From Bacilli bacterium (GTDB lineage: Bacteria > Bacillota_I > Bacilli_A > RFN20 > CAG-826): DNA of 37,361 nucleotides. The stretch lies in contig DATESG010000017.1 in NCBI GenBank assembly GCA_035270925.1, positions 1-37,361 on the forward strand. Reading direction: 5' to 3'. The position numbers and the translations under genes are program-made. The notes below the pieces were generated by a model. That model saw nothing but the letters and a program-made list of their open reading frames with translations. It was not told the origin of the DNA and did not search any database. Each line of letters begins with the position of its first letter. Position 1 is the first letter of the stretch. Positions 1 to 8,899 of this stretch are shown here, piece by piece.

Positions 1-39
1 ATCCCAGTGGCGACAGTTAAAGTCTGGATGAAAGAAGCG
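1..39 (+). promoter_or_regulatory. FMN riboswitch (RFN element), 3' portion only; the 5' part lies upstream of the window
   Basis: CCAGTGGCGACAGTTAAAGTCTGGATGAAAGAAG matches the conserved 3' core of RFN elements as I recall it (B. subtilis ribD leader ...GCCGACAGTGAAAGTCTGGATGGGAGAAGG). It lies directly upstream of a RibU-like transporter gene. Confidence 0.75.
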
Positions 40-61
40 TTTTTTTATTTTTCATCACCTC

Positions 62-92
62 AATCCCTGAATTACTAGGGATTTTCTTTTTT
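62..92 (+). terminator. Riboswitch expression-platform hairpin with T-run (attenuator/terminator)
   Basis: AATCCCT (62-68) pairs with AGGGATT (77-83) around an 8-nt loop, followed by TTTTCTTTTTT. The SD AGGAGG (93-98) and ATG at 104 follow immediately. Confidence 0.5.
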
Positions 93-103
93 AGGAGGAC
101 ATT

Positions 104-745
104 ATGAAGAGAAATAAGACCATCAAACAACAAGAGGGACAAGAAGTTGTACAAGTGAGCATCGAAAGAAAGCAAAAAAAGAGTCGAGCCTGGACTAAAC
201 TTATTGCAAGAGTCGCAATTTTCGGGGGAATTTCCGCAATTTTCTACGTTATCCCCGTTCCACCATTTAACTTTCCAATTTTTCCTGGTCAGTTCGGCTT
301 TTTGAATATCCATATTGATGAGGTGCCTGCACTTATTGCGGGATTTGCATATGGACCTATCGCCGGCTCACTTGTATTAATTATTCGAACGTTGGTAAAA
401 TTACCATTCACTTCGACCGCCTTTGTTGGCGAGCTCGCGGATCTAATTTATTCATTAGCCTTTATACTTCCTGCGGCATTTATTTACAAACAAAATCGTA
501 AATTTTCAAATGCAATCGGTGCGCTTGTAATCGCTAATTTAGTCCAAATCGGGGTCGCGACGATAGTTAATTTCTATCTAGTTTATGATTTATATAATTC
601 CATGTTCTTTGGTGGTCATATTCCATTTACCAAGGATACATTTATTTCAATTATCCCACCATTCAACCTCATTAAGAATGCGATTGTAATCGTAATTACA
701 CTCCTCGTTTATAAGAGTACAAAACGTGTAGTGGAAAGAATCTAA
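104..745 (+). CDS. ribU: Riboflavin transporter, ECF-type S component (RibU/FmnP-like)
   Basis: 213-aa polytopic membrane protein of about 5-6 hydrophobic segments, with a strong SD, directly downstream of an FMN riboswitch. In B. subtilis ypaA (ribU) lies near fer and cmk, as here. The family assignment rests mainly on the riboswitch context. Confidence 0.7.
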   Translation: MKRNKTIKQQEGQEVVQVSIERKQKKSRAWTKLIARVAIFGGISAIFYVIPVPPFNFPIFPGQFGFLNIHIDEVPALIAGFAYGPIAGSLVLIIRTLVKLPFTSTAFVGELADLIYSLAFILPAAFIYKQNRKFSNAIGALVIANLVQIGVATIVNFYLVYDLYNSMFFGGHIPFTKDTFISIIPPFNLIKNAIVIVITLLVYKSTKRVVERI

Positions 746-763
746 TTTCAGGCAAACAAAAAA

Positions 764-784
764 AGATGCGATGCATCTTTTTTC
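764..784. terminator. Bidirectional hairpin terminator between ribU and fer
   Basis: AGATGC (764-769) pairs with GCATCT (773-778), flanked by an A-run upstream and a T-run downstream. It sits between convergent genes. Confidence 0.5.
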
Positions 785-800
785 TTTACGAGTTTGTTAA

Positions 801-995
801 TTATTCAACAACAATAGCGGTTGTTGGGCAGGCGGCTTCAGCTTCAACGGCGAGATCAGCTAAGTCTCCTTCGACTTCGGCCAAAACAACTTTCATTGTT
901 CCGTCATCATCCCAATCAAAAACATCAGCACTAATTGCGTTACATGCACCACACCCGATACATTGTTCTTTAATAATTTTTACTTTTTTAGCCAT
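801..995 (-). CDS. fer: Small [4Fe-4S] ferredoxin
   Basis: 64 aa with CIGCGAC...ACP cluster-binding cysteines and an acidic composition, typical of Bacillus-type Fer. AGGAGG-like SD upstream on the - strand (GGAGGAAATTATG). Confidence 0.85.
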   Translation of the reverse strand: MAKKVKIIKEQCIGCGACNAISADVFDWDDDGTMKVVLAEVEGDLADLAVEAEAACPTTAIVVE

Positions 996-1163
996 AATTT
1001 CCTCCTATTCTTGCAAACATATTATAGACTCTCGAGCCATTTTAGTAAACACCGAAATTACGTAATCATATTTTTTTTAATATAAAAACGTTGTTTAAAT
1101 AATATACCCGGGTTTAATGTATCAATTTCGGTCATTTTATATTAATATAAAGGGTGTGAAAAT

Positions 1164-1508
1164 ATGAGTAAAAAAGCGATGAGTCGGACTAGCAAATATG
1201 CTAGCTACCGCAAACAAATCAGTAAGATGAAGGATGTAGAGGTGGGGATTGATTCAACTCAATTTCAAGCTGCGACAATAAAAGAAGCTAAAAAGAGTCA
1301 AGTAAACACCACAACATCATTAAATGCAGATATGATTCTCAAAGAGATTGAACGAAGAGAAGATCCGACTGGTGAAGTCAAACTTCTTCGTGAACGTGAA
1401 CGAAGAATAAAAACTTTAGTTCAAATTGTTACTATCACAATTAGTAGCGGTCTCGTGTTGACCCTACTTATTATTTTATTTATTTTCTTGTATCGGAGTT
1501 TATCATGA
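1164..1508 (+). CDS. Hypothetical small tail-anchored membrane protein (charged N-terminal region plus one C-terminal TM segment)
   Basis: 114-aa ORF with GGGTG SD-like sequence 8 nt upstream. The C-terminal hydrophobic stretch is LVQIVTITISSGLVLTLLIILFIFL. Its stop overlaps the cmk start (ATGA). I recognise no family motif. Confidence 0.55.
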   Translation: MSKKAMSRTSKYASYRKQISKMKDVEVGIDSTQFQAATIKEAKKSQVNTTTSLNADMILKEIERREDPTGEVKLLRERERRIKTLVQIVTITISSGLVLTLLIILFIFLYRSLS

Positions 1509-2173
1509 AAAAACATATCGCGATTGCAATTGATGGCCCTGCAGCAGCAGGTAAAAGCACAATTGCCAAATTAGTGGCTAAAAAATTAGGGTTTACCTAC
1601 ATTGATACTGGGGCAATGTATCGTGCATTCACATGGGCGGTACTTGAAAAAGGACTCAACCCGCAAAATGCGGAAGAATCCTGCAGTATCATTGATTCAA
1701 CCACAATCAGACTTACGAATAATAATGATGTCTTTGTAAACGATGTTGATGTTACCAAAAAAATTCGCGAACCTTTTGTTTCCGGTAATGTAAGTTACAT
1801 TGCCAGTTATAAACCAATTCGGCTTGCACTTGTTGAACAACAAAGAGCAATGGCAAAATATCAATCAGTTGTGATGGATGGGCGTGATATTGGCACATAT
1901 GTCTTACCAAATGCGCAACTTAAAGTATTTCAAGTTGCCTCTGTTGAAACCAGAGCACTTCGCCGCTATAAAGAAAATGCGGAAAAAGGCATTGATACTT
2001 CGCTCACTAGCATTGCTGAAGAATTAGCAAAAAGAGATTATATTGATTCGCACCGTGATTTTGCCCCACTTCGTCAAGCAAGTGATGCGATTTTATTAGA
2101 TACAAACGAAATGACAATTGAAGAAGTTGTCGAAGCTGTACTTAAATTAGTACATGAAAAGGTAGGGCTCTAA
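1505..2173 (+). CDS. cmk: Cytidylate kinase
   Basis: IAIDGPAAAGKST P-loop and the DTGAMYRA motif, with typical length of 222 aa. Confidence 0.95.
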   Translation: MKKHIAIAIDGPAAAGKSTIAKLVAKKLGFTYIDTGAMYRAFTWAVLEKGLNPQNAEESCSIIDSTTIRLTNNNDVFVNDVDVTKKIREPFVSGNVSYIASYKPIRLALVEQQRAMAKYQSVVMDGRDIGTYVLPNAQLKVFQVASVETRALRRYKENAEKGIDTSLTSIAEELAKRDYIDSHRDFAPLRQASDAILLDTNEMTIEEVVEAVLKLVHEKVGL

Positions 2174-2174
2174 T

Positions 2175-3476
2175 ATGGGAGTTGTTGCGTTAGTAGGTAG
2201 TCCTAATGTTGGAAAATCAACGATTTTTAATCGGTTAATTGGTCAAAGAAAAGCTATTATTGATGATCAACGGGGGGTCACCCGTGATCGTATGTATGGC
2301 AAGGCTGAATGGTTGACGAGAACTTTTAACGTGATTGATACTGGCGGTATTGAAATTGAAAACGCCCCCTTTCAAGCACAAATTAGAGCTCAAGTAGAAT
2401 TGGCCATTAAAGAAGCCGATGTAATCGTCTTTGTCACGGACGGTTATTTAGGGGTGAGCAACGAAGATGTTGAAGTTGCAAAAATGCTCTATAGGGTAAA
2501 AAAACCGGTCATCGTTGCCGTTAATAAAGTTGACGAAGGCGAGCATGCTGGTGGCGTTAGTGACTTTTACCGCCTTGGCTTAGGTGAACCTTTACCTGTT
2601 AGTGGTGAGCATGGGGTCGGAATTGGTGATTTATTAGACCGTATTGTCCAAAACCTACCGCCTGAAAAGAAGAAAGTTGAAAGCGATGAAACTACATTTT
2701 GTATTATTGGTCAACCTAACGTCGGAAAATCAAGTCTCGTTAACGCGATTTTAAACCAAGAACGGGTTATTGTTAGTGAAATTTCAGGAACAACACGGGA
2801 CTCGGTTGATACTCCTTTTGTTCGTAATGGGAAAGATTATGTCGTAATTGATACCGCCGGTTTAAAAAAACGCGGCAAAATTTATGAAGATATTGATCGC
2901 TACGCCGCCCTTCGAGCCTTTCGAGCAATTGAACGGGCAGACGTTGTTTTGTTCCTCATTGATCCAGTTGCCGGCATAAGAGAACAAGACAAACACGTTG
3001 TTGGTTATGCGACCGATGAATCAAAAGCAATCATCATTGTTGTTAATAAATGGGACGCAGTCGTAAAAACCGAAAAAACAATGGATGAATATAGAAAAAA
3101 AATTCGTGATGAATTTAAGTTTTTGGACTATGCTCCAATTGTCTTCGTTAGTGCTCTTAATAAAACCAGAATCCATGAGATTTTTAATAGTATTGATTTC
3201 GTTGAACAAGCATACAATCTCCGCATTCCAACCAACACTCTTAATGGTATTATTCAAGATGCTCAAATCATGAATGAAACGCCACTTTTCAATGGTGGAA
3301 GACTTAAAATTTACTACGCTAATCAAGTCGCAGTAAAGCCACCGACCTTTGTCTTATTTGTTAATGATCCCAGCTACATGCATTTCTCATATAAACGTTA
3401 TTTAGAAAATAGATTGCGGGATAGTTTTAACTTTGACGGGACACCAATAAAAATTATCTTAAGGGAGCGAAAATAA
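2175..3476 (+). CDS. der: Ribosome-biogenesis GTPase Der (EngA), tandem GTPase domains
   Basis: Two G1 motifs (GSPNVGKST, GQPNVGKSS), DTGG/DTAG G3 motifs, NKVD/NKWD G4 motifs and a C-terminal KH-like domain. Confidence 0.95.
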   Translation: MGVVALVGSPNVGKSTIFNRLIGQRKAIIDDQRGVTRDRMYGKAEWLTRTFNVIDTGGIEIENAPFQAQIRAQVELAIKEADVIVFVTDGYLGVSNEDVEVAKMLYRVKKPVIVAVNKVDEGEHAGGVSDFYRLGLGEPLPVSGEHGVGIGDLLDRIVQNLPPEKKKVESDETTFCIIGQPNVGKSSLVNAILNQERVIVSEISGTTRDSVDTPFVRNGKDYVVIDTAGLKKRGKIYEDIDRYAALRAFRAIERADVVLFLIDPVAGIREQDKHVVGYATDESKAIIIVVNKWDAVVKTEKTMDEYRKKIRDEFKFLDYAPIVFVSALNKTRIHEIFNSIDFVEQAYNLRIPTNTLNGIIQDAQIMNETPLFNGGRLKIYYANQVAVKPPTFVLFVNDPSYMHFSYKRYLENRLRDSFNFDGTPIKIILRERK

Positions 3477-4478
3477 ATGACTGTTACGATATTTGGTTCA
3501 GGAACTTGGGGTACAGCTCTAGGTCAGGTCTTAACCGATAATGGCCATGATGTTTTAATCTATGGAATCAGCCAAGAGCAAATTAATGATATAAATAACA
3601 ATCACCAAAATAGTTTTTATTTTGGTAAAGAAGTATTCTTAAACTCACACATAAAAGCAACGACAAACATTAAAGATGCAATTGCCTTTAGCGACATTTT
3701 TATCATCTCAGTGCCAACCGCTGTGATGCGCTCACTTCTAGATAATATTAATAATAACATCAGCAAAAAGGCATTATTTGTTAATACTGCTAAAGGTTTT
3801 GATACAGAAAAAGTTATGCGCATTAGTGATGTTATACGTGAATGTATAAGCGAAGATCATCTAGCTGGTGTTGTCAGTTTGATTGGTCCAAGTCATGCTG
3901 AAGAAGTTGTGATTAGAATGTTAACAACGATTACCGCGACAAGTTTAAATATCAAACATGCAGAATTAATTCAACAATTATTTGCTAATGATTATTTACG
4001 CGTGTATACACAAACAGATGAAGTTGGGGCTGAACTCGGTGTCGCCTATAAGAACGCAATTGCAATTGCAAGCGGAATCTTAGCCGGTCTAGGATATGGT
4101 GATAACGCCCGTGCGGCTCTCATCACTCGGGGCCTTGCCGAAATGGTCAGATTCGGGACTCATTTTGGGGGCGAGATGTCGACTTATATGGGCTTAACTG
4201 GCTTAGGTGATTTGATCGTTACTTGTAACTCTAAACACTCTAGAAACTTCCAAGCTGGATTTCAAATCGGTAGCGAAGATGGAGCGGAAAAGTTCATGCG
4301 TGAAAACACCAAAACAGTCGAGGGTGTGAGGACCGCAAAAATCGTCCACGAAGTTGCGAAATCGCTTGGAATAAAGACGCCAATAATTGACGCAATTTAC
4401 TCAGTTATTTACGAACAAACACCTCCAAGTAAGCAAATTTTACAGTTAATGAACCGGCCGTTGATAAGTGAAGATTAA
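3477..4478 (+). CDS. gpsA: NAD(P)H-dependent glycerol-3-phosphate dehydrogenase
   Basis: N-terminal GSGTWGTALG dinucleotide fold and the GLGDLIVTC motif. der-gpsA synteny as in Bacillus. Confidence 0.95.
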   Translation: MTVTIFGSGTWGTALGQVLTDNGHDVLIYGISQEQINDINNNHQNSFYFGKEVFLNSHIKATTNIKDAIAFSDIFIISVPTAVMRSLLDNINNNISKKALFVNTAKGFDTEKVMRISDVIRECISEDHLAGVVSLIGPSHAEEVVIRMLTTITATSLNIKHAELIQQLFANDYLRVYTQTDEVGAELGVAYKNAIAIASGILAGLGYGDNARAALITRGLAEMVRFGTHFGGEMSTYMGLTGLGDLIVTCNSKHSRNFQAGFQIGSEDGAEKFMRENTKTVEGVRTAKIVHEVAKSLGIKTPIIDAIYSVIYEQTPPSKQILQLMNRPLISED

Positions 4479-4554
4479 TCTTTGGTATTGTCGAACTTAA
4501 GCGATTATGTTATTTTATAAATAAGAAGTATTAATTGTTCAGGAGGATAATTTA

Positions 4555-4827
4555 GTGAACAAAGCAGATTTAATTTTAGTCGTTGCTGAAAAAGCAAGGC
4601 TTTCTAAAAAAGAAGCCGAAGAAGCTGTCAATGCTATGCTCGATGCCTTCGAGACCGCACTAGTTGATGGAGACACAGTTAAACTCTCCGGATTCGGTGG
4701 ATTTGAAGTAAGACAACGTAAAGAACGCAAAGGAATCAGCCCACAATCGGGCGAAGAAATAATTATTCCTGGCGGAAGAACGATCGTCTTCAAACCTTCA
4801 AAAATTTTAAAAAGTAAAGTTCAATAA
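4555..4827 (+). CDS. hup: Histone-like DNA-binding protein HU
   Basis: MNKADLI...GFGGFEVRQRKERKGISPQSGEEIIIP HU/IHF signature. GTG start with AGGAGG SD 7 nt upstream. Confidence 0.95.
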   Translation: MNKADLILVVAEKARLSKKEAEEAVNAMLDAFETALVDGDTVKLSGFGGFEVRQRKERKGISPQSGEEIIIPGGRTIVFKPSKILKSKVQ

Positions 4828-4831
4828 GACG

Positions 4832-4858
4832 ATGGAGCGAAAGCTCCATTTTCTTTTT
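4832..4858 (+). terminator. Intrinsic terminator after hup
   Basis: ATGGAGC-GAAA-GCTCCAT hairpin followed by TTTTCTTTTT. Confidence 0.7.
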
Positions 4859-4902
4859 GGCTTTTTGCTCAAAGGTACGGTTAAAAATGATATACTTAAG
4901 AC

Positions 4903-5577
4903 ATGGAATTTCTCGAAGTATTTTCAAACTTAGCAGATGTTTATGCCAAATACGGTTATAAATTATATTTAGTCGGTGGTTCAGTTCGCGACTATCTTTT
5001 AAAAGTGCCAACCAGTGACATTGACCTCTGTACTGATGCAACTCCTGAAGAAACTAAGGAATTTTTGCCTGATGCCAATTATCGCTTTGCAAAATATGGG
5101 ACTGTCTCCTTCCACTATGATCTATATAGAGTAGAAGTGACAACGCTAAGAACGGAAGAAGCCTACGTTGATTTCCGTCATCCCCGGGAAATTAAATTTG
5201 TTAAATCGCTTGAACTTGATTATGTTCGCCGTGACTTTACCGTTAATGCGCTCTACTTAGACCGGAGCATGAAGGTCTATGATTTTTGCGAAGGTTTAAA
5301 AGATTTAAAAACCAAGACTCTTAGAGTAATCGGTGAACCAAATAAACGACTAGAAGAGGACCCCCTTAGGATTATTAGAGCACTAAGATTTAAACTAAAA
5401 CTAGATTTTGAAATTGAAACTGAATTAAGTAACGCAATCGTGACAAATGTCCCACTTTTAGACAACCTAAATCAAGAAAAAGTTGACTTTGAAATTAGTA
5501 AAATGTATAAAATAGATGAAGAAAAAGCACAGAAACTACTCGATATTTATCAAATAAAATATATAAAGAGAAACTAA
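4903..5577 (+). CDS. tRNA nucleotidyltransferase / poly(A) polymerase family protein, unusually short (head and neck region only)
   Basis: Class II nucleotidyltransferase motifs GGSVRD, DIDL, RRDFTVNA and EDPLRIIRALRF are present. It is only 224 aa, against roughly 400 aa for CCA-adding enzymes such as the B. subtilis one. No clear SD. Confidence 0.75.
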   Translation: MEFLEVFSNLADVYAKYGYKLYLVGGSVRDYLLKVPTSDIDLCTDATPEETKEFLPDANYRFAKYGTVSFHYDLYRVEVTTLRTEEAYVDFRHPREIKFVKSLELDYVRRDFTVNALYLDRSMKVYDFCEGLKDLKTKTLRVIGEPNKRLEEDPLRIIRALRFKLKLDFEIETELSNAIVTNVPLLDNLNQEKVDFEISKMYKIDEEKAQKLLDIYQIKYIKRN

Positions 5578-5611
5578 AAAGTAGTCTAATTCGAAAATAT
5601 TTTGCTTATTT

Positions 5612-5634
5612 GCACACTATAGGTGTGTTTTTTT
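5612..5634 (+). terminator. Intrinsic terminator after the nucleotidyltransferase gene
   Basis: GCACAC-TATAG-GTGTGT hairpin followed by a T7 run. Confidence 0.55.
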
Positions 5635-5703
5635 ATGTTTTGGAAAAATATTTAGATAGAAATTCAAGAAACAGGCGTAAAATAATTTTGGGAGAAATAA
5701 ATT

Positions 5704-7041
5704 ATGTCAAAGTTCACAAAGACAAAAATTCTTGAAATTGCTACAAAAGAAAATGTTCGATATATTAAACTTCAATTCACAGATATCCTAGGAACGATCA
5801 AAGCAGTTGAAATTCCTCTAAATAGATTAGAGGATGCTTTAAATGGCAAAATCATTTTTGACGGTTCTTCAATTGAAGGCTTTGTTCGGATTAAAGAAGC
5901 CGACATGTACCTTCGACCAGATTTTGACACCTGGCTAATTCTTCCTTTTGAAGAGTTAAGTTATGGTAAAGTTGCAAGATTAATTTGTGATGTTTATACA
6001 CATTACGGCAAGCCTTTTCCAGGCGATCCCCGTTATATATTAAAACGTGCTGTAAAAAAGATGAATGATGCGGGTTTCGCGACCTTGAATATAGGCTTTG
6101 AACCCGAATTCTTTCTTTTTAAAATGGATGCAGACGGAAAACCATTACTACAACCAAATGATAGTGGCGGATATTTTGATATGGCGCCAATCGATGGAGC
6201 GGAAAATGCCCGCCGCGATATCGCTCTAGAATTAGAAAAACTTGGCTTTGTTGTGCAATCTAGTCACCACGAAGTCGCAGCCGGACAACATGAAATTAAC
6301 TTTAAATTCGCCGATGTTGTGACTGCGTGTGATAACGTTCAGACTTTTAAACAAGTCGTCAAAGTTGTTGCACGTCGCCATAATCTATTTGCCTCTTTTA
6401 TGCCAAAACCTTTAGCGGGTGTCAGCGGGAGCGGAATGCATACTAATTGCTCACTTGCGGATTTAGCTGGAAATAATATCTTTCTTGATGAAAACGACCC
6501 AATGAAATTATCACTAACGGCGAGAAAATGGGTGACAGGTATTTTAAAACATACTCGCTCCTTCACGCTTATTACTAATCCTATTGTTAATTCATATAAG
6601 CGTTTAATTCCCGGTTATGAAGCGCCAGTTTATGCTTGTTGGAGTGATGCCAATCGTAGTTCTTTAATAAGAATCCCGGCTGTCAGAGGACAAGCGACAA
6701 GAGCCGAGATTAGAAGTGTTGATTCAGCGGCTAATCCATACTTAGCTTTGGCAGTTATTTTAACAAGCGGGCTCGACGGCATCACGGGTGATTATGACTT
6801 GATTCCACCAGTAAACGATAATATTTATACTCTAACAAGGGAACAAAGAGAAACGCAAGGAATTCAAAACGTTCCGGAAAATCTTAAAGATGCAATCAAG
6901 GAATTTAAGCGGGATCCGCTGATGTTGGAAACATTAGGGGACCATACTTATAACAAATACATTTTAGCAAAAGAGCAAGAATGGGATGAATACCGCGTGG
7001 TTGTTTCGGACTGGGAAATTAAAAAATATCTCAGATTATAA
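5704..7041 (+). CDS. glnA: Glutamine synthetase, type I
   Basis: GFEPEFFLF, HHEVAAGQHEINF, GSGMHTNCS, NSYKRLIPGYEAP and NRSSLIRIP motifs. 445 aa. Confidence 0.95.
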   Translation: MSKFTKTKILEIATKENVRYIKLQFTDILGTIKAVEIPLNRLEDALNGKIIFDGSSIEGFVRIKEADMYLRPDFDTWLILPFEELSYGKVARLICDVYTHYGKPFPGDPRYILKRAVKKMNDAGFATLNIGFEPEFFLFKMDADGKPLLQPNDSGGYFDMAPIDGAENARRDIALELEKLGFVVQSSHHEVAAGQHEINFKFADVVTACDNVQTFKQVVKVVARRHNLFASFMPKPLAGVSGSGMHTNCSLADLAGNNIFLDENDPMKLSLTARKWVTGILKHTRSFTLITNPIVNSYKRLIPGYEAPVYACWSDANRSSLIRIPAVRGQATRAEIRSVDSAANPYLALAVILTSGLDGITGDYDLIPPVNDNIYTLTREQRETQGIQNVPENLKDAIKEFKRDPLMLETLGDHTYNKYILAKEQEWDEYRVVVSDWEIKKYLRL

Positions 7042-7113
7042 GTGAATTCATATTATATAGTTCAAAATTAGCGTAAAATAGTTAATATATTATAGGTCGT
7101 AAAAGGAGCAAAT

Positions 7114-8898
7114 ATGTGTGGTATTGTCGGAGGAATAACTTCTAAAGATGTCAAAGAATACATCATTAAAGGACTAAAATCATTAGAATATCGCGGTTAT
7201 GATTCGGCAGGAATTGCGCTTGTTAATAATGGAAAAATTGATTTAATCAGGGTTAAGGGTGGGGTAGATTTACTCGAAAAAGCTGTTGAAAACGAACCTG
7301 CAGTCAGTGTTGGTGTCGGTCACACAAGGTGGGCAACACATGGTGAACCTTCGGTTAAAAACGCCCACCCACAAAACAGTATGAACGGCGTTTTTTCAAT
7401 TGTTCATAATGGCGTTATTGATAATTTTCGCACGCTTAAAGCCAAATTAATCGATAAGGGCTACGTTTTTAAGAGCGATACTGACACGGAAGTCATTGCA
7501 AATTTAATTGAGTATTATTATTTTAAGGATAAACAAAGTGTCTTACAGGCTATACAGAAAACGCTTAAAGAAGTGCGGGGAAGTTATGCACTTGCGGTTT
7601 TATTTAAGGCTGACGAAGAACATATATACTTTGCAAAAATGCGTTCACCACTCGTGATCGGACGCGGAAGTGAAGGAATGTATTTAGGTAGTGATTATAT
7701 GCCGATGGTTAAAGAAGCAACTGATTTTTATACGGTTTTAGACGGCCAATATGGCTATATTACTAAACAAGAACTAGTTGTTTTTAAAGATGGAAGTAGT
7801 AAACCACTTGAGGTAACCTACCATCAAACTGAAATTGCCGAATATGATCTTGGGCTTGAGGGCTATCCTCACTATATGCTAAAAGAAATTGAAGAATCAC
7901 CACAAGTTGTGCGGAGGTTAATTGATAATTATTATGATGGTAGTCAGTATTTATTCGATAAAAACCTCATCAAAACGATTAAAAAGGCGCCAAAACTAAT
8001 ATTCATTGCGGCCGGAACCAGTTATCACGCTTCACTTATTGCCCGTCGCTATTTCTTCAACTACGGAAAAAATGTCGATGTCTTTGTCGCCAGTGAGTGG
8101 GCATATTATCCTTATGTAACAGATCCAGACTCAATCTTTATTTTTGTAAGCCAATCGGGAGAAACGGCTGATTTAATTCGTTGTGTTGATATTGTTAAAG
8201 AACGCGGGGGCACAATTGTTACCGTTACAAATTCTAAAGGTTCAACGTTAGATCGTCTCTCTGATTTTACCTTGTTACTTTATGCCGGTTATGAAGTGTC
8301 TGTTGCTTCAACAAAAGCTTACACTGCCCAAGTAACATTATTTTCACTTTTAATTGGCGCCCTCAGAGATAATCACAATTCAATCGGCGACTTTTACGCG
8401 GTTATTAAAGCCCAAGAGGCAATCATGAAGCAAAAAGAAGATATTCAATTGGTCGCTAAAGACATTGCCAAAGCCCATGATGTATATTTTTTAGGGCGAG
8501 GTCTAGATCATGATGTCGCCCTAGAAGCCTCGTTAAAACTCAAAGAAATTACTTATTTACATAGTGAAGCTTTTGCCGGCGGTGAATTAAAGCACGGACC
8601 AATTGCACTTATTACAAAAGAATCTCCAGTCATCGGTTTTGTCAGTGACCCGCTAACAGCAGAAGCTATTCGCTCAAATTTTGAAGAAGTAAAAGCAAGA
8701 GGCGCAAAGGTCTACATTATTTCACCTCGCTCCTTATCAAAAGAAGGGGATAAAATCGTTGTCCCAACCACTAAAAATTACTTATCACCTTTAACGATGG
8801 GAATTGTTGGACAATACCTTGCCTATTATGTAGCATTAGAGTTAGGTACGAACATTGACAAACCTCGTAACCTCGCAAAATCAGTGACGGTGGAGTAA
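7114..8898 (+). CDS. glmS: Glutamine--fructose-6-phosphate aminotransferase
   Basis: N-terminal nucleophile MCGIVG, two SIS domains, and the C-terminal KPRNLAKSVTVE typical of GlmS. Confidence 0.95.
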   Translation: MCGIVGGITSKDVKEYIIKGLKSLEYRGYDSAGIALVNNGKIDLIRVKGGVDLLEKAVENEPAVSVGVGHTRWATHGEPSVKNAHPQNSMNGVFSIVHNGVIDNFRTLKAKLIDKGYVFKSDTDTEVIANLIEYYYFKDKQSVLQAIQKTLKEVRGSYALAVLFKADEEHIYFAKMRSPLVIGRGSEGMYLGSDYMPMVKEATDFYTVLDGQYGYITKQELVVFKDGSSKPLEVTYHQTEIAEYDLGLEGYPHYMLKEIEESPQVVRRLIDNYYDGSQYLFDKNLIKTIKKAPKLIFIAAGTSYHASLIARRYFFNYGKNVDVFVASEWAYYPYVTDPDSIFIFVSQSGETADLIRCVDIVKERGGTIVTVTNSKGSTLDRLSDFTLLLYAGYEVSVASTKAYTAQVTLFSLLIGALRDNHNSIGDFYAVIKAQEAIMKQKEDIQLVAKDIAKAHDVYFLGRGLDHDVALEASLKLKEITYLHSEAFAGGELKHGPIALITKESPVIGFVSDPLTAEAIRSNFEEVKARGAKVYIISPRSLSKEGDKIVVPTTKNYLSPLTMGIVGQYLAYYVALELGTNIDKPRNLAKSVTVE

Positions 8899-8899
8899 C

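Noticed and set aside
766-1065. 99-aa + strand ORF overlapping the ferredoxin gene
   Set aside because: It is the antisense frame of a clearly recognisable ferredoxin (801-995, -). It starts inside the ribU/fer terminator and has no SD and no recognisable motifs.
5578-5703. GlnR/TnrA operator (TGTNA-N7-TNACA) or glutamine-responsive RNA upstream of glnA
   Set aside because: I found no match to the operator consensus. The region is mostly a terminator hairpin and AT-rich spacer, which gives no support for a regulatory call.
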